Shown here: positions 1-9,659 of the stretch, in pieces
How positions within the stretch are numbered: the first letter of the stretch is position 1
Layout: each line of letters begins with the position of its first letter
Source: a bacterium
GTDB taxonomy: Bacteria > Patescibacteriota > Patescibacteriia > UBA9934 > GWF2-40-263
Assembly: GCA_021789915.1 (NCBI GenBank)
Contig: JAJYIV010000002.1
Span: 613-64,612 of the forward strand
Length of the DNA: 64,000 nucleotides
Direction: 5' to 3'
The notes under the pieces: generated by a model
Database searches by the model: none
Told to the model about the DNA's origin: nothing
What the model saw: only the letters and a program-made list of their open reading frames with translations
Position numbers and translations under genes: made by a program

Positions 1-23
1 GCACGGACGCCGCGCGCACGCAG

Positions 24-1502
24 GTGAAGGATCCGGCGAACTGCCCGGCCGGCTCGGCGGCGCAGACGAAGTACGTCTGCACGAACGGTCAGACGGTCGA
101 CGACCCGTCCGCGTGCGAGCACGTCTGCCGCGGCGGGTACGCGCTCGACGAATCGACCGGCGCGTGCGTGAAAGTCTGCCCCGAAGGGCAGACGCTGGAT
201 TACGCTGGCGACTGCGAACCGCTGCCGCCGAACGACTGCCATGCGGACGCGGACTGCAGCGCCGGCGAGCGCTGCAACGTGAATGGCCACTGCGTCGTCC
301 CGTGCCATCGGGACGCGGATTGTCATGATCCGTCGCTCTGGTGCAACGCGCCGACGATCGTCGGCGACGACACGATGGGAAGCTGCCAGCCCGCCCCGTC
401 GGAAACGACGGGGACGGGGAAGCTCACCGTCACGACGGACGGAACGTCGCCGAAGTCGTCCATCGTGCTCGGCGGCAGCACGAGCGTTCCCGCCGCCGTG
501 TACGCTTTGGAAGCGACGAACAAGAACGCGACGATCCGCGGTCTGACGCTGTTCAACTGCGTCGGCATGCAGCCGGAACCGAAAGACGACTGCAGCGGCG
601 CAAACGAAAGCCACGAGGACGACGCGGCCGTCGAGGCCGTGTATCTGCACTACTTCGGAGCGGACGGGAATTCCGTAACCAAAACGGGGTTCCTGCAGTT
701 CGGCAAGGTGACGTTCGTCGGGCTCGACATGCCGGCGAACGTCGACGTGCACACGCTGCTGACGGTGACGGTGGACGCCGGCCTTGTTTCGTCCGTGAAC
801 GGCGTGCCGTCCGGCACGAAGTTCCAGCTGAACCTCGTCGCGACGGACTTCGATGCCGTCGCAACGGACGACGGGACGCCGATCCAGGCGACGTTCACGG
901 CCGCCGGCGACGCACAAGCGGTCGCCAGTCCGATGACGTTGCGCAAGACCAAGCCGACCGTGACGCTCGCCTCGGGTTCCCCGAGCGGCGCCGGAGTGCC
1001 CGGGTTCTCCGAGGTGCTTCGGTACAACGTGTCGGCGGCGTCGACCGGCTTCGTCGGCCTCGACATGATCACGTTCAAGCTCACGTCGACGGACATGGCT
1101 GGCAGCGGCTGGAACACGGACGCCCGGCTTGAGGGCAAGTTCCAGTTGTACGACATGGCGGATCCGTCGGCAGCAATCGGCGCGGCCGTGTGGCTGCACA
1201 ACTCCACCGGTGCGGTGGCGGGGCCGAATGACGTTGTGACCTACGTCACGTTCGTCTTCGACCCGGGCGAAGTACAAGTCTCCGCCGGCATGACGTCCAC
1301 CTTCTCGCTGAAGATGGACACGACGGGCGCGAACTCCGCGGACAACGACATCATCCGCATCGACATCCCGGCCCAGAGCGAGCTCGACCAGCTCGCGACG
1401 CCGCAGACATCGATCCGGTGGGAAGATGATATCGAAGCGCAAAGCCTCGACGGGACGCTCGTCAACAATCTTCCGATGACGGGCGGAACGATCGTCTTCT
1501 AA
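24..1502 (+). CDS. Secreted/surface protein; Cys-rich N-terminal module then Thr/Val-rich beta-type domain. Probably 5'-partial, since the frame stays open to the window start.
   Basis: Long ORF with natural (non-Arg-rich) composition. N-terminal 120 aa hold many Cys in CxxC/CxnC spacing. TAA stop at 1500-1502. No stop upstream in frame back to nt 3. Confidence 0.5.
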   Translation: MKDPANCPAGSAAQTKYVCTNGQTVDDPSACEHVCRGGYALDESTGACVKVCPEGQTLDYAGDCEPLPPNDCHADADCSAGERCNVNGHCVVPCHRDADCHDPSLWCNAPTIVGDDTMGSCQPAPSETTGTGKLTVTTDGTSPKSSIVLGGSTSVPAAVYALEATNKNATIRGLTLFNCVGMQPEPKDDCSGANESHEDDAAVEAVYLHYFGADGNSVTKTGFLQFGKVTFVGLDMPANVDVHTLLTVTVDAGLVSSVNGVPSGTKFQLNLVATDFDAVATDDGTPIQATFTAAGDAQAVASPMTLRKTKPTVTLASGSPSGAGVPGFSEVLRYNVSAASTGFVGLDMITFKLTSTDMAGSGWNTDARLEGKFQLYDMADPSAAIGAAVWLHNSTGAVAGPNDVVTYVTFVFDPGEVQVSAGMTSTFSLKMDTTGANSADNDIIRIDIPAQSELDQLATPQTSIRWEDDIEAQSLDGTLVNNLPMTGGTIVF

Positions 1503-1512
1503 GGCGCGAACC

Positions 1513-1568
1513 CCTCCGCCTGCCAAAAAGGAAGCCAGCAGGCATCCTCCCCTTGGCAGGGGAGGTTC
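1513..1568. repeat. Palindromic repeat element, copy E1, intergenic, reverse orientation relative to E3/E13
   Basis: ctccgcctgccaaaaaggaagccagcaggcatcctccccttggcaggggagg is near reverse-complement of the element at 15582-15645 and 63802-63870. Confidence 0.6.
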
Positions 1569-1696
1569 TGCCGCGGACACTCTCTGCCGGCTCACGTGCG
1601 TGCAACGCGCGCGTGGGCCGGTTTTTCTTTTTGCCCACGTCAGTCTTGCCAATCGCCCTTTTTCCGGCTACATTTCCGTCCGTTCCCGCCTTGCGT

Positions 1697-1767
1697 TCGG
1701 GGGTCGTCTAACGGCAGGACAGCAGCCTTTGAAGCTGTGAATCGTGGTTCGATTCCACGCCCCCGAA
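1697..1767 (+). tRNA. tRNA-Gln (anticodon TTG)
   Basis: Folded by hand. Acceptor TCGGGGG/CCCCCGA, D-stem GTCT/GGAC, anticodon stem GCAGC/GCTGT with loop CTTTGAA, T-arm CGTGG-TTCGATT-CCACG, discriminator A. CCA not encoded. Confidence 0.75.
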
Positions 1768-2117
1768 CGTAGAGCAGGAACGCATCCGACCGGACAACCG
1801 GCCGGATGTTTTCGTCGCCTGTTGATATCTCGCGCCGACGGGAAAAATGCGGCTTGTGGATAAGGTCGCCGACCGTCCGTTTTTCAAGCATTGACGGCAC
1901 GTTGAGAGGTTGCACGCGCGGCGGTATCCTAAAGAGTGTTCGATGCGATGACGCCCCGTCGTCCGATGGCCGCTGCCGCTCATGCGTGTTTCCCGCCGAG
2001 GAACGCCGCGGAGCGTTGGCTTGAAATCGCCCAGGGAGGCACCGCGAAGGTTCCCCTTGTTCCTCTGGCGGTTTTTTTGCGCCGCCGATTCCCCTTTTTT
2101 CCGCGTTTATTCATCGT

Positions 2118-3944
2118 ATGTCCACCCAGACCCTCGTCCATCAAGACCCCGTCGTCTGCTCCATCGACCCGATCTCGACCATTGACGAGTATATCCACCA
2201 GGCCGACTGGCGGGTCAACGCGAACGCCAACCAGGGGTATTCGCTGGGCGGCATGATCCTGAACACCGTCGGCAAGGTGGTGGCGAATTACTGGCTTAAC
2301 AAGATTTACACCAAGGACATACGCGACGCGCATGTCCAGGGGGATTTTTACATCCACGATTTGGACGTGTTCGCCGGCTACTGCGCGGGGTGGAGCCTGC
2401 GCCAGCTGCTGGAGGAGGGCTTCAACGGCGTGCCGGGCAAGGTGGAATCGCTGCCGCCCAAGCACTTGGAGACGGCCGTGGCGCAGATGGTGAACTTCTT
2501 CGGCACGCTGCAGAACGAATGGGCGGGCGCCCAGGCGTTCTCCTCGTTCGACACGTACCTGGCGCCCTTCGTGAAGAAAGACCAGATGACCTACGAGGGC
2601 GTGAAGCAGTGCATCCAGCAATTCGTCTTCAACCTCAACGTCCCGTCGCGCTGGGGCACGCAGACGCCGTTCACCAACATCACGCTGGACTGGGTGTGCC
2701 CGGAGGACATGCGCGAGCGCCATCCGCTGGTCGGCGGCGAAGAGCAGCCGTTCACGTACGGCGATTGCCAAAAGGAGATGGACGCCATCAACAAGGCCTT
2801 CATCGAAGTCATGATCGCAGGCGACGCCAAGGGCCGCATCTTCACCTTCCCCATCCCGACCTACAACATCACGCGCGATTTCGACTGGGAAAACCCGAAT
2901 GTCCAGGGCCTGTTTGAAATGACGGCCAAATACGGCACGCCGTACTTCCAGAACTTCATCAATTCCCCGCTCAATCCGAGCGATGTGCGCAGCATGTGCT
3001 GCCGCCTGCAGCTCGACCTGCGCCAGCTGCGGCAGCGCGGCGGCGGCCTCTTCGGCTCGGCGGAGATGACGGGCTCCGTCGGCGTCGTCACCATCAACAT
3101 GGCGCGCCTGGGCCACGTTTCCAAGTCGAAAGAGGAGTTCTTCACGCGGCTGGACCGGCTGATGAAGCTGGCGAAAGAATCGCTGGAGCTCAAGCGCGAG
3201 ACGGTGGAGGACAATGTCCGACGCGGCCTGCTGCCGTTCACGCGCCGCTACCTGCCGTCGCTGCACAATCATTTTTCGACGATCGGCTTGAACGGCGTAA
3301 ACGAGGCGTGCCGGAATTTCTTCGGCGGCGACACGGACATCGCTTCGCCGGAAGGCAAGCAGTTCGCCGCGGACATCCTGGACTTCATGCGCAAGCGCTT
3401 GGCCGATTTCCAGGAAGAGACGGGGCACTTCTACAATCTCGAGGCCACGCCGGCGGAGGGCACGACGTACCGCTTCGCCAAGGAGGACCAGAAGCGCTTC
3501 CCCGACATCATCCAGGCCGGCACGACGGAGAATCCGTACTACACCAATTCGACGCACCTGCCCGTGACGCACACGGACAATCCGCTGGAAGCGCTGGACC
3601 ACCAGGACAGCCTGCAGACGATGTACACCGGCGGCACCGTGCTGCACCTGTTCCTCGGCGAACGCGTGCAGGATTGGAAGACGTGCCGCGCATTCGTGAA
3701 GAGCGTCGCCTACGGCTACCGCCTGCCGTATTTCACGATCACGCCGACGTTCAGCGTCTGTCCGTCGCACGGCTACCAATCCGGCGAACACCAGTGCTGC
3801 CCCACCTGCGGAGCCACCTGCGAAATCTGGTCGCGCATCGTCGGCTATTTCCGCCCTGTCGACCAGTGGAACCGCGGCAAGAAAGGCGAGTATGCCGAAC
3901 GCAAGGAATACGCGGTGCCGAACGCGTGCGAGACCTGCGTATGA
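2118..3944 (+). CDS. nrdD: Anaerobic ribonucleoside-triphosphate reductase (class III RNR)
   Basis: 608 aa. C-terminal Zn ribbon CPSHGY...CCPTCGATC and glycyl-radical motif RIVGYFRPV. Overall NrdD-like sequence. Confidence 0.9.
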   Translation: MSTQTLVHQDPVVCSIDPISTIDEYIHQADWRVNANANQGYSLGGMILNTVGKVVANYWLNKIYTKDIRDAHVQGDFYIHDLDVFAGYCAGWSLRQLLEEGFNGVPGKVESLPPKHLETAVAQMVNFFGTLQNEWAGAQAFSSFDTYLAPFVKKDQMTYEGVKQCIQQFVFNLNVPSRWGTQTPFTNITLDWVCPEDMRERHPLVGGEEQPFTYGDCQKEMDAINKAFIEVMIAGDAKGRIFTFPIPTYNITRDFDWENPNVQGLFEMTAKYGTPYFQNFINSPLNPSDVRSMCCRLQLDLRQLRQRGGGLFGSAEMTGSVGVVTINMARLGHVSKSKEEFFTRLDRLMKLAKESLELKRETVEDNVRRGLLPFTRRYLPSLHNHFSTIGLNGVNEACRNFFGGDTDIASPEGKQFAADILDFMRKRLADFQEETGHFYNLEATPAEGTTYRFAKEDQKRFPDIIQAGTTENPYYTNSTHLPVTHTDNPLEALDHQDSLQTMYTGGTVLHLFLGERVQDWKTCRAFVKSVAYGYRLPYFTITPTFSVCPSHGYQSGEHQCCPTCGATCEIWSRIVGYFRPVDQWNRGKKGEYAERKEYAVPNACETCV

Positions 3945-4627
3945 GGATCGCTGGGTTCCAGCCGCTGTCCCTGCTCGATTTCCCCGAACGCCCCTGCGCC
4001 GTCGTCTTCACGCAAGGGTGCCCCTTGCGCTGCCCGTTCTGCCATAATCCGGGGCTCATCCCGAACGGCCCGGGGAAGATGCGCGCGGACGAGGTCCTTT
4101 CCGAGCTGGAACGCCACGCGAACACCGTCGCCGCCGTCTGCGTCACCGGCGGCGAGCCGACCGTGCAGCCGGACCTTCCGGCCTTTTTGCGCCTGCTCAA
4201 GCTGCGCGGCTTCGCCGTGAAGCTTGACACCAACGGCGTGCACCCGCGCATGGTCGCCCGCCTGCTCTCCGACCGTCTGGTCGACTACGTCGCCATGGAT
4301 TTCAAACACCGGTGGAGCGCCTACGCGGGGCTTACGAAGGCCGCGGCGCCGGCCGTCGAACACATCCGCCGGACGTTTTCCCTGCTGCAGCAAAGCGGCG
4401 TTCCGCACGAGTTCCGCACGACCGTCGTCCCCGCCTTCCACACGGCGGAAGACCTTGAACGCATGGCCGTGGAGCTTGCGCCGGGAACGTCGTGGGCCTG
4501 GCAGCCGGTGCGCTACGGCATCACGTACGATCCGAACCTCCCGAAGGGGGAAATGCCGCCGCTGGAAGAGATCCGCAGCCGCATCCTGGCGGCGCATCCC
4601 GATCTCTCGATTACGATTCGCCGCTGA
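3941..4627 (+). CDS. nrdG: Anaerobic RNR activating protein (radical SAM)
   Basis: ATGA start/stop overlap with nrdD. CPLRCPFCHN radical-SAM cysteine motif. 228 aa. Confidence 0.85.
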   Translation: MRIAGFQPLSLLDFPERPCAVVFTQGCPLRCPFCHNPGLIPNGPGKMRADEVLSELERHANTVAAVCVTGGEPTVQPDLPAFLRLLKLRGFAVKLDTNGVHPRMVARLLSDRLVDYVAMDFKHRWSAYAGLTKAAAPAVEHIRRTFSLLQQSGVPHEFRTTVVPAFHTAEDLERMAVELAPGTSWAWQPVRYGITYDPNLPKGEMPPLEEIRSRILAAHPDLSITIRR

Positions 4628-4666
4628 CAAAAACGGATCCGCGCGCGGATCCGTTTTTGTTGCCTT

Positions 4667-5584
4667 TCACACCCGCAGGTACCGCCGCATGGCAAGCGAC
4701 GTCGCGATCAGGTTCAGGATGGCGAGCGCGGCGAATTGCCCGCCGAAGATGAGCAGCCAGTTCTGCTGGAAATACGCGACGAGCCCCGTCTGGTAGCCGG
4801 CGCCGAGGAACACGTCGAGCTTCGGCTCCATCACGGCCACGGTCGGCAGCACGATGGCGACGACCACGAGCGTCGCGAGCAGGCTGTAGAACACGGCCTC
4901 GGCCAGGAACGGCCCCTTGACGAAGCGATCGGTGGCGCCTACCAGCTTCATGATGCCGATTTCCTCGCGGTGGATGAAAATGCCCATGCGCACCGTGTTG
5001 AACACGATGAGGACGGCGATCGCGAGGAACAACGCGGCGATGCCGATGCCCAGCGCGCGCGCCCGGTCCGTCAGGAAGCGGATGCGGTCGATGAGCTGGG
5101 AATAATTGCCGAAGTCCTTCTCGCGGATCTGGTCCTGGAATTGCGGATCCTGCAGCGCCTGGAGGATCACCGGAAAATCGTCCGCCGCGCGCGCCTTGAC
5201 GATGAGCGACGGCCCGAACGGATTGCCGCCCACTTCCGCGAGCGATTTCATGATGGCGTCCTCGCCGGCGTGCCGCGCCTTGAACTGGGCCAGGGCCTGA
5301 TCCGCCGTGACCGTCTCCACGTCCCGCACCTGCGGCAGGTTGCGCAGCTGCCCGGCGGCGGCCGTCAACTGGTCCGTCGTCACCTCCGGCTTGAAGTATA
5401 CGGACACTTCGACGCGGTCCTCGACCGCCTGGATGGCTTTCTGCGCCACGTGGTTCAGGACGACGAGGATGTTCACTGACAGAAGCGTCAGGGCAAGCAT
5501 GCTGACGGTGACGACGGACAGCCAGAAATTGCGCCAAAAGTTCTGGAACGCGAATTTCAGCACGCGCAGGAGGGGCGCCGTCAT
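4667..5584 (-). CDS. ftsX: Cell division ABC transporter permease FtsX
   Basis: 305 aa. N-terminal TM, large periplasmic loop, three C-terminal TM helices. ATGA overlap with ftsE stop. Confidence 0.8.
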   Translation of the reverse strand: MTAPLLRVLKFAFQNFWRNFWLSVVTVSMLALTLLSVNILVVLNHVAQKAIQAVEDRVEVSVYFKPEVTTDQLTAAAGQLRNLPQVRDVETVTADQALAQFKARHAGEDAIMKSLAEVGGNPFGPSLIVKARAADDFPVILQALQDPQFQDQIREKDFGNYSQLIDRIRFLTDRARALGIGIAALFLAIAVLIVFNTVRMGIFIHREEIGIMKLVGATDRFVKGPFLAEAVFYSLLATLVVVAIVLPTVAVMEPKLDVFLGAGYQTGLVAYFQQNWLLIFGGQFAALAILNLIATSLAMRRYLRV

Positions 5585-6261
5585 AGTCGGTATTTTCCCT
5601 CTTCGACGTCCGAGACGATCCGGCCGCCGTCGAGGGCGATCACGCGCTTTTTGAGGCCGTTCACGACTTCGCGATTATGCGTCACCAGCACGACCGTGGT
5701 GCCGAACTCGTTGATCTTGCGCAGCAGCTCCATGATTTCGCGCGTGTTGATGGTGTCCAGGTTGCCGGTGGGCTCGTCGGCCAGCAGGATTTTGGGGCGG
5801 TGGACGAGCGCGCGGGCGATCGCGATGCGCTGCTGTTCGCCGCCGGACAGCTGCCTGGGGAAACGGTCGGCCTTGTCCTGAAGGTTCACGATGCGCAGGA
5901 CCTGCGGGACGATGTCGCGCACGCGCTCCAGCGGCAATCCGGAGACTTCCAGCGCGAACGCGATGTTCTCCGCCACCGTTTTGCGCTGGAGGAGCTTGAA
6001 ATCCTGGAACACGACGCCGATCTGCCGGCGCAGGAGCGGAACGTCGCGCTCGCGGATGCGGGTGATGTCCCAGCCGCCGACCACCACCTGACCTTCCGTC
6101 GGATGCTCCTCCGCGAACATGAGCTTGGCGAGCGTCGTCTTGCCCGTGCCGCTTTGGCCCACGATGGAAACGAATTCCCCGGCCTTGATATGCAACGAGA
6201 CGTCGCGCACGGCCGCGACGTTCGGATGGTAGATTTTGGTGACGTTCTTGAAGCGGATCAT
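5581..6261 (-). CDS. ftsE: Cell division ATP-binding protein FtsE
   Basis: Walker A GQSGTGKTT, ABC signature LSGGEQQR, Walker B ILLADEPT. Start moved to MIRFKN (ATG about 6259-6261). The ORF-track start further upstream looks too N-terminally extended. Confidence 0.85.
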   Translation of the reverse strand: MIRFKNVTKIYHPNVAAVRDVSLHIKAGEFVSIVGQSGTGKTTLAKLMFAEEHPTEGQVVVGGWDITRIRERDVPLLRRQIGVVFQDFKLLQRKTVAENIAFALEVSGLPLERVRDIVPQVLRIVNLQDKADRFPRQLSGGEQQRIAIARALVHRPKILLADEPTGNLDTINTREIMELLRKINEFGTTVVLVTHNREVVNGLKKRVIALDGGRIVSDVEEGKYRL

Positions 6262-6311
6262 GCCGTCTTGCGATTGGTCGGAACGTCGGCTATTATAGCG
6301 CACGCCATCGC

Positions 6312-6385
6312 GCAGGTATAGTTTAGTGGCAAAACGACTGCTTCCCAAGCAGTAGTCGCGGGTCCGATTCCCGCTACCTGCTCCA
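6312..6385 (+). tRNA. tRNA-Gly (anticodon CCC), CCA encoded
   Basis: Acceptor GCAGGTA/TACCTGC, D-arm GTTT..AAAC, anticodon stem ACTGC/GCAGT with loop TTCCCAA, T-arm GCGGG-TCCGATT-CCCGC, discriminator T then CCA. Confidence 0.8.
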
Positions 6386-6510
6386 AAAATCCCCGACTTG
6401 GTCGGGGATTTTTGCTTGTAAACGGGATGGGGGGCGCAAAAAACGCCGCCTGTTCCAAGAGGGGAACGGGCGGCAGCGTCAGTCGGCGGAGGGCGGCGGC
6501 CGCAGAAACG

Positions 6511-7686
6511 CTATGGTTCGCCGCGCGGGCGCAACAGCCACAGGACGGCGGCGACAGCCGCGAGCAGCGCGCCGCAAACCGTCCATGTCAATCGGATCGT
6601 GTCCGGCCCGTCGAGAAAGCGGCGGTCGGCAAGCCACAAGACAAGCGGCACGACGGTGAAACCGGCTTTCGCGGCGAATGAATGAAGCGATCCGGCGGTG
6701 GCGCGGTAGGCGCTTTCCACGCGACGGTGGATGAAGCGGTCCGTAAGCGGTTGGAAGGATCCGCGCGGCAGCTCGTGCAGCGCGAGCAGCGCCAGGAAGC
6801 CGACGCGGCCGCCGGAGAGCGGCAAGGCCAGCATTGCCAGCCCTGCGACGCCCATCGATACCGCCGTCGCGGCCGCGTCGTGCATGCCGGCGTCGGCCAA
6901 CCGCGGCATCAACAGGCCGCCGATGGAAGAGGCGAGGCACATTCCCGCAAAGACCAGGCCCAGGCGCGCGCGGCCGAACAGCCGTTCGGCATACGGCGCC
7001 CAAAAATAATTGATCCCGGCCACGAGGCCAAACGCGAACAGGCAGGCGGCGATCCATCGCAGCGCGCGCTGCGCGCGCAGGGCGCCGATCGCGCGTGCGA
7101 ACGCCTCCGTGCATGGCAGGCGATGCGCCGGATCGCCACGTCCGCGCATGCGCGTGCGCACGAACGCGACGAGTACGGGCGCGCACAAGAGTTCGGGAAC
7201 CCAGATCGCCCGTAGATGCCATGCGCCCAGCCAGCCGCCAAACGCGCCACCGGCCATCATGGCCAGGCCGCGCGCCGCGGACGCGCGGCCAAGAACGCCG
7301 CCGATATTTTCTCCATGGCCTTCGGCATGCAGCGTATCTACGAGCCATGCCTGCAGCGCGCCCGACTCGAACGCGAGACCGGCGCCTAGGACGATCTCCG
7401 CCGTCAGCGCCGAACCGAGCCCGCGCGCCAGCAGGTACGCGAGCGCGCCGGCGAACCGGATGACAGCACCCACGGCTAGCGTTCGCGCGCGCCCGAAACG
7501 ATCCGCCGCGAGACTCGTCGGAACGTCCATGGCAATCACGGCCGCACTGAAGAAACCGTTGATGAGCGCCACCTGGCCCAAGGTCAGGCCGATGGATCGC
7601 AGGAACGGCACGTAGTCCGCCATGGACATGGCAATGCCGAACGTGCTCAAGAATGCGAACGTCACGTACGTGCGCGCAGCGCGCAT
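6511..7686 (-). CDS. MFS family transporter
   Basis: 391 aa, about 12 predicted TM segments. MFS-like motif DRFGRAR after TM2. Confidence 0.7.
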   Translation of the reverse strand: MRAARTYVTFAFLSTFGIAMSMADYVPFLRSIGLTLGQVALINGFFSAAVIAMDVPTSLAADRFGRARTLAVGAVIRFAGALAYLLARGLGSALTAEIVLGAGLAFESGALQAWLVDTLHAEGHGENIGGVLGRASAARGLAMMAGGAFGGWLGAWHLRAIWVPELLCAPVLVAFVRTRMRGRGDPAHRLPCTEAFARAIGALRAQRALRWIAACLFAFGLVAGINYFWAPYAERLFGRARLGLVFAGMCLASSIGGLLMPRLADAGMHDAAATAVSMGVAGLAMLALPLSGGRVGFLALLALHELPRGSFQPLTDRFIHRRVESAYRATAGSLHSFAAKAGFTVVPLVLWLADRRFLDGPDTIRLTWTVCGALLAAVAAVLWLLRPRGEP

Positions 7687-7965
7687 GGTTCCTCCTTGGA
7701 AGGATCAAAAACGGCCGGGGGGTTTCCCGGCCGTTCGGGTCCTGATGCGCGTCACGCGCCCATCAGACCCCTGCCGCCGGGAAACGAAAAACACATAGAC
7801 GGGCGTCAAGAAGAATGGTCAGATCTCTCAAACGGCCCTTGTCCGACCGGACGTTTCTTGATATGGTGCCCGCGCTCAAGACGGGTCAGTATATACATAC
7901 TGACCTCTCGTCGTTCGGGCACGACTAATGCGTTTAGAACGCATTGGTCGCACCGCTCACTCCTT

Positions 7966-8040
7966 GGGTCAGTAGCTCAGTGGTAGAGCCAGGGCCTTTT
8001 AAGCCCGCGGTCGTGGGTTCGATCCCCACCTGACCCACCA
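7966..8040 (+). tRNA. tRNA-Lys (anticodon TTT), CCA encoded
   Basis: Acceptor GGGTCAG/CTGACCC, D-arm GCTC-AGTGGTA-GAGC, anticodon loop CTTTTAA, T-arm GTGGG-TTCGATC-CCCAC, discriminator A, CCA. Confidence 0.85.
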
Positions 8041-8041
8041 G

Positions 8042-8165
8042 AAAACCGCCTAAAGCAGCGATCTATCGGCTCAGGCCTCGCGTGCTCGCTCACCGTACAT
8101 ATCAGTACGGCTCGCTGCGCCCGCTTCGGCCTTCACCGATATCTCATCTGCTTTAGGCGGTTTTT
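8042..8165 (+). terminator. Large structured hairpin element right after tRNA-Lys, followed by TTTTT
   Basis: aaaaccgcctaaagcag (8042-8058) pairs perfectly with ctgctttaggcggtttt (8148-8164), 17 bp. About 90 nt internal region with further partial palindromes. Ends in a T run. Confidence 0.5.
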
Positions 8166-8402
8166 AAGATGGGATCGAACCGGAAGCCGGAGAATGGTCG
8201 AGTCTTGCAACGGTCTCAGTGCAGAAGCTTGACGGAATCCTCATTCCTGGTATCTTTCGTCCTTGCTCTTTTTATGTTTTCAACGTTTGATTGAGCCATG
8301 AGGCAAGCGTTTTTCCGATCTTTTCGAAGGCCGGCAAGCCGCTTGTCTCATGGAAATGAGTCAGCCGCACCGGGAGTCCCCCGACTGCGAAACAAAAGGA
8401 GA

Positions 8403-9296
8403 ATGACGATGCCGGCCACGCCGATCACGTCACCTCAGAAGCGCAAGATCGCAGCCCTCGTCTCCGAAGCGACCGAGAAGGTCATCGAGGAGATGGGACT
8501 CGACAAGGAAGGCGCACAGTGGGTCATAGAGATGAACGGCGACGAATTCGCCGCCGCCGTGCGCGAGAAGGTTCGCGAGCTGCTCACCCGTCTCTCCGTC
8601 TCCGACCAGTTCGCCGACGAGGAAGTCGCCTCGAACTACGGCTATCTCTCCGGCTACAAGCAGCCGAAAGGGATCACCGAGCAGACCAACCGCCTGCGTG
8701 AGCTGATCCGAGGCGTCGGGTTCGCGGACGAGAAGTTGGCGGAGCTCCCTCTGCCGAAGCTCGCGGAAGGCTTCTTCGCCATCCCGAAGTGGGAGACGGT
8801 CGCCCCGACCTACGGCGAGGCCGTCCAGAAGGTGCAGGATCTCCTGAGGGCCCAGCGCGGCGGCAAGTTCTACAGCTACCGCGAAGGCCAGCTCGGACCC
8901 CTGCACCTCCGGCAGAGCGCCCGCTCCGTCGCGTTCTGGAAGCGGCTCGCCGACGCGCAGAAGGGCTACGACATCCTCGTCGTTCCCGCTCAGTTCGGCA
9001 AGCGCGACGGGATCTCTCGTTCCGTCCGCCGCTCTCGTGTGGTCTTCACGGCGCAGGAGTTCGGTCTCGGGGCGTTCGCTTCCGGGATCATGCTCCTCAC
9101 CCACCCGGAGCGTCTGCAGCACTACGACGATCTCTGGATCGACTGTGCCGGAGACGAGTACGCTCCGGGGGCTGACGACCAATTCGTCAACGCGCCGTAC
9201 TTCTACTTCGACGTTGACGGGCTCGAGTTCGACGCGTTCGGTGTCGGCAGCTACTACGACTTCTGCGGGTCTGCGTCGGCCTTCTCCCCGGAGTAG
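8403..9296 (+). CDS. Hypothetical protein (297 aa); cassette-like gene downstream of tRNA-Lys
   Basis: Good SD AAAGGAG 8394-8400 then ATG at 8403. Natural composition. No recognisable motif. Flanked by direct repeats ttgcaacggtctc (8213 and 9559). Confidence 0.6.
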   Translation: MTMPATPITSPQKRKIAALVSEATEKVIEEMGLDKEGAQWVIEMNGDEFAAAVREKVRELLTRLSVSDQFADEEVASNYGYLSGYKQPKGITEQTNRLRELIRGVGFADEKLAELPLPKLAEGFFAIPKWETVAPTYGEAVQKVQDLLRAQRGGKFYSYREGQLGPLHLRQSARSVAFWKRLADAQKGYDILVVPAQFGKRDGISRSVRRSRVVFTAQEFGLGAFASGIMLLTHPERLQHYDDLWIDCAGDEYAPGADDQFVNAPYFYFDVDGLEFDAFGVGSYYDFCGSASAFSPE

Positions 9297-9363
9297 AGTC
9301 CTCGTCCCTCAGTTCCTTTGTTACTCTTTCCGTTCTTTCCGTCTTGTCCCTTTTCGGGACACT

Positions 9364-9406
9364 ACCGGCGTTCGTTTCAACAAACGCCGGTATTTCTTTT
9401 TCTTCG
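9364..9406 (+). terminator. Rho-independent terminator of the 8403-9296 gene
   Basis: accggcgtt...aacgccggt stem (8 bp) followed by atttctttttcttc. Confidence 0.5.
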
Positions 9407-9435
9407 GCGGGGATCGGAGAGTGTTGTAAATCTCC

Positions 9436-9553
9436 TTTTCTCGTCATTGCGAGGAGCTGGTCCCAGTCGTGGCGACGAAGCAATCCTGCAGTTTCCTTCG
9501 AGAACGGAAGGATTGCTTCGCTCCGGCCTCCGGCTTTCGCTCGCAATGACGAG
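9436..9553. repeat. Nested perfect inverted repeat (MITE-like or structured RNA)
   Basis: Outer IR ctcgtcattgcgag / ctcgcaatgacgag (14 bp). Inner IR cgaagcaatcct / aggattgcttcg (12 bp). Innermost tccttc / ggaagga. Confidence 0.5.
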
Positions 9554-9659
9554 TTTTGCAACGGTCTCTGATCGAACGCTTGACGCGGCGCTTGACGCTC
9601 CCTTCCCTCCCGTTCAACGTCCTTTATAATGAAGGGATACTCAATCATCCTTTCATCCT

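Noticed and set aside
1980-3791. 603-aa minus-strand ORF antisense to nrdD, and similar long Arg/Ala-rich ORFs (e.g. 6479-7708, 16271-18325, 37505-39631, 61414-63486, 25515-26873)
   Set aside because: Extremely Arg/Gly/Ala/Pro-rich translations, typical of the antisense strand of high-GC genes. Each overlaps a gene with clear homology.
2996-4627. 543-aa plus-strand ORF spanning nrdD and nrdG
   Set aside because: Only the last 228 codons (from ATG 3941) match NrdG. The upstream part is an out-of-frame read-through of nrdD.
8168-8245. Possible minus-strand tRNA suggested by ggatcgaacc
   Set aside because: No acceptor stem and no T-stem complementary to the loop could be built. Treated as part of the post-tRNA structured region.
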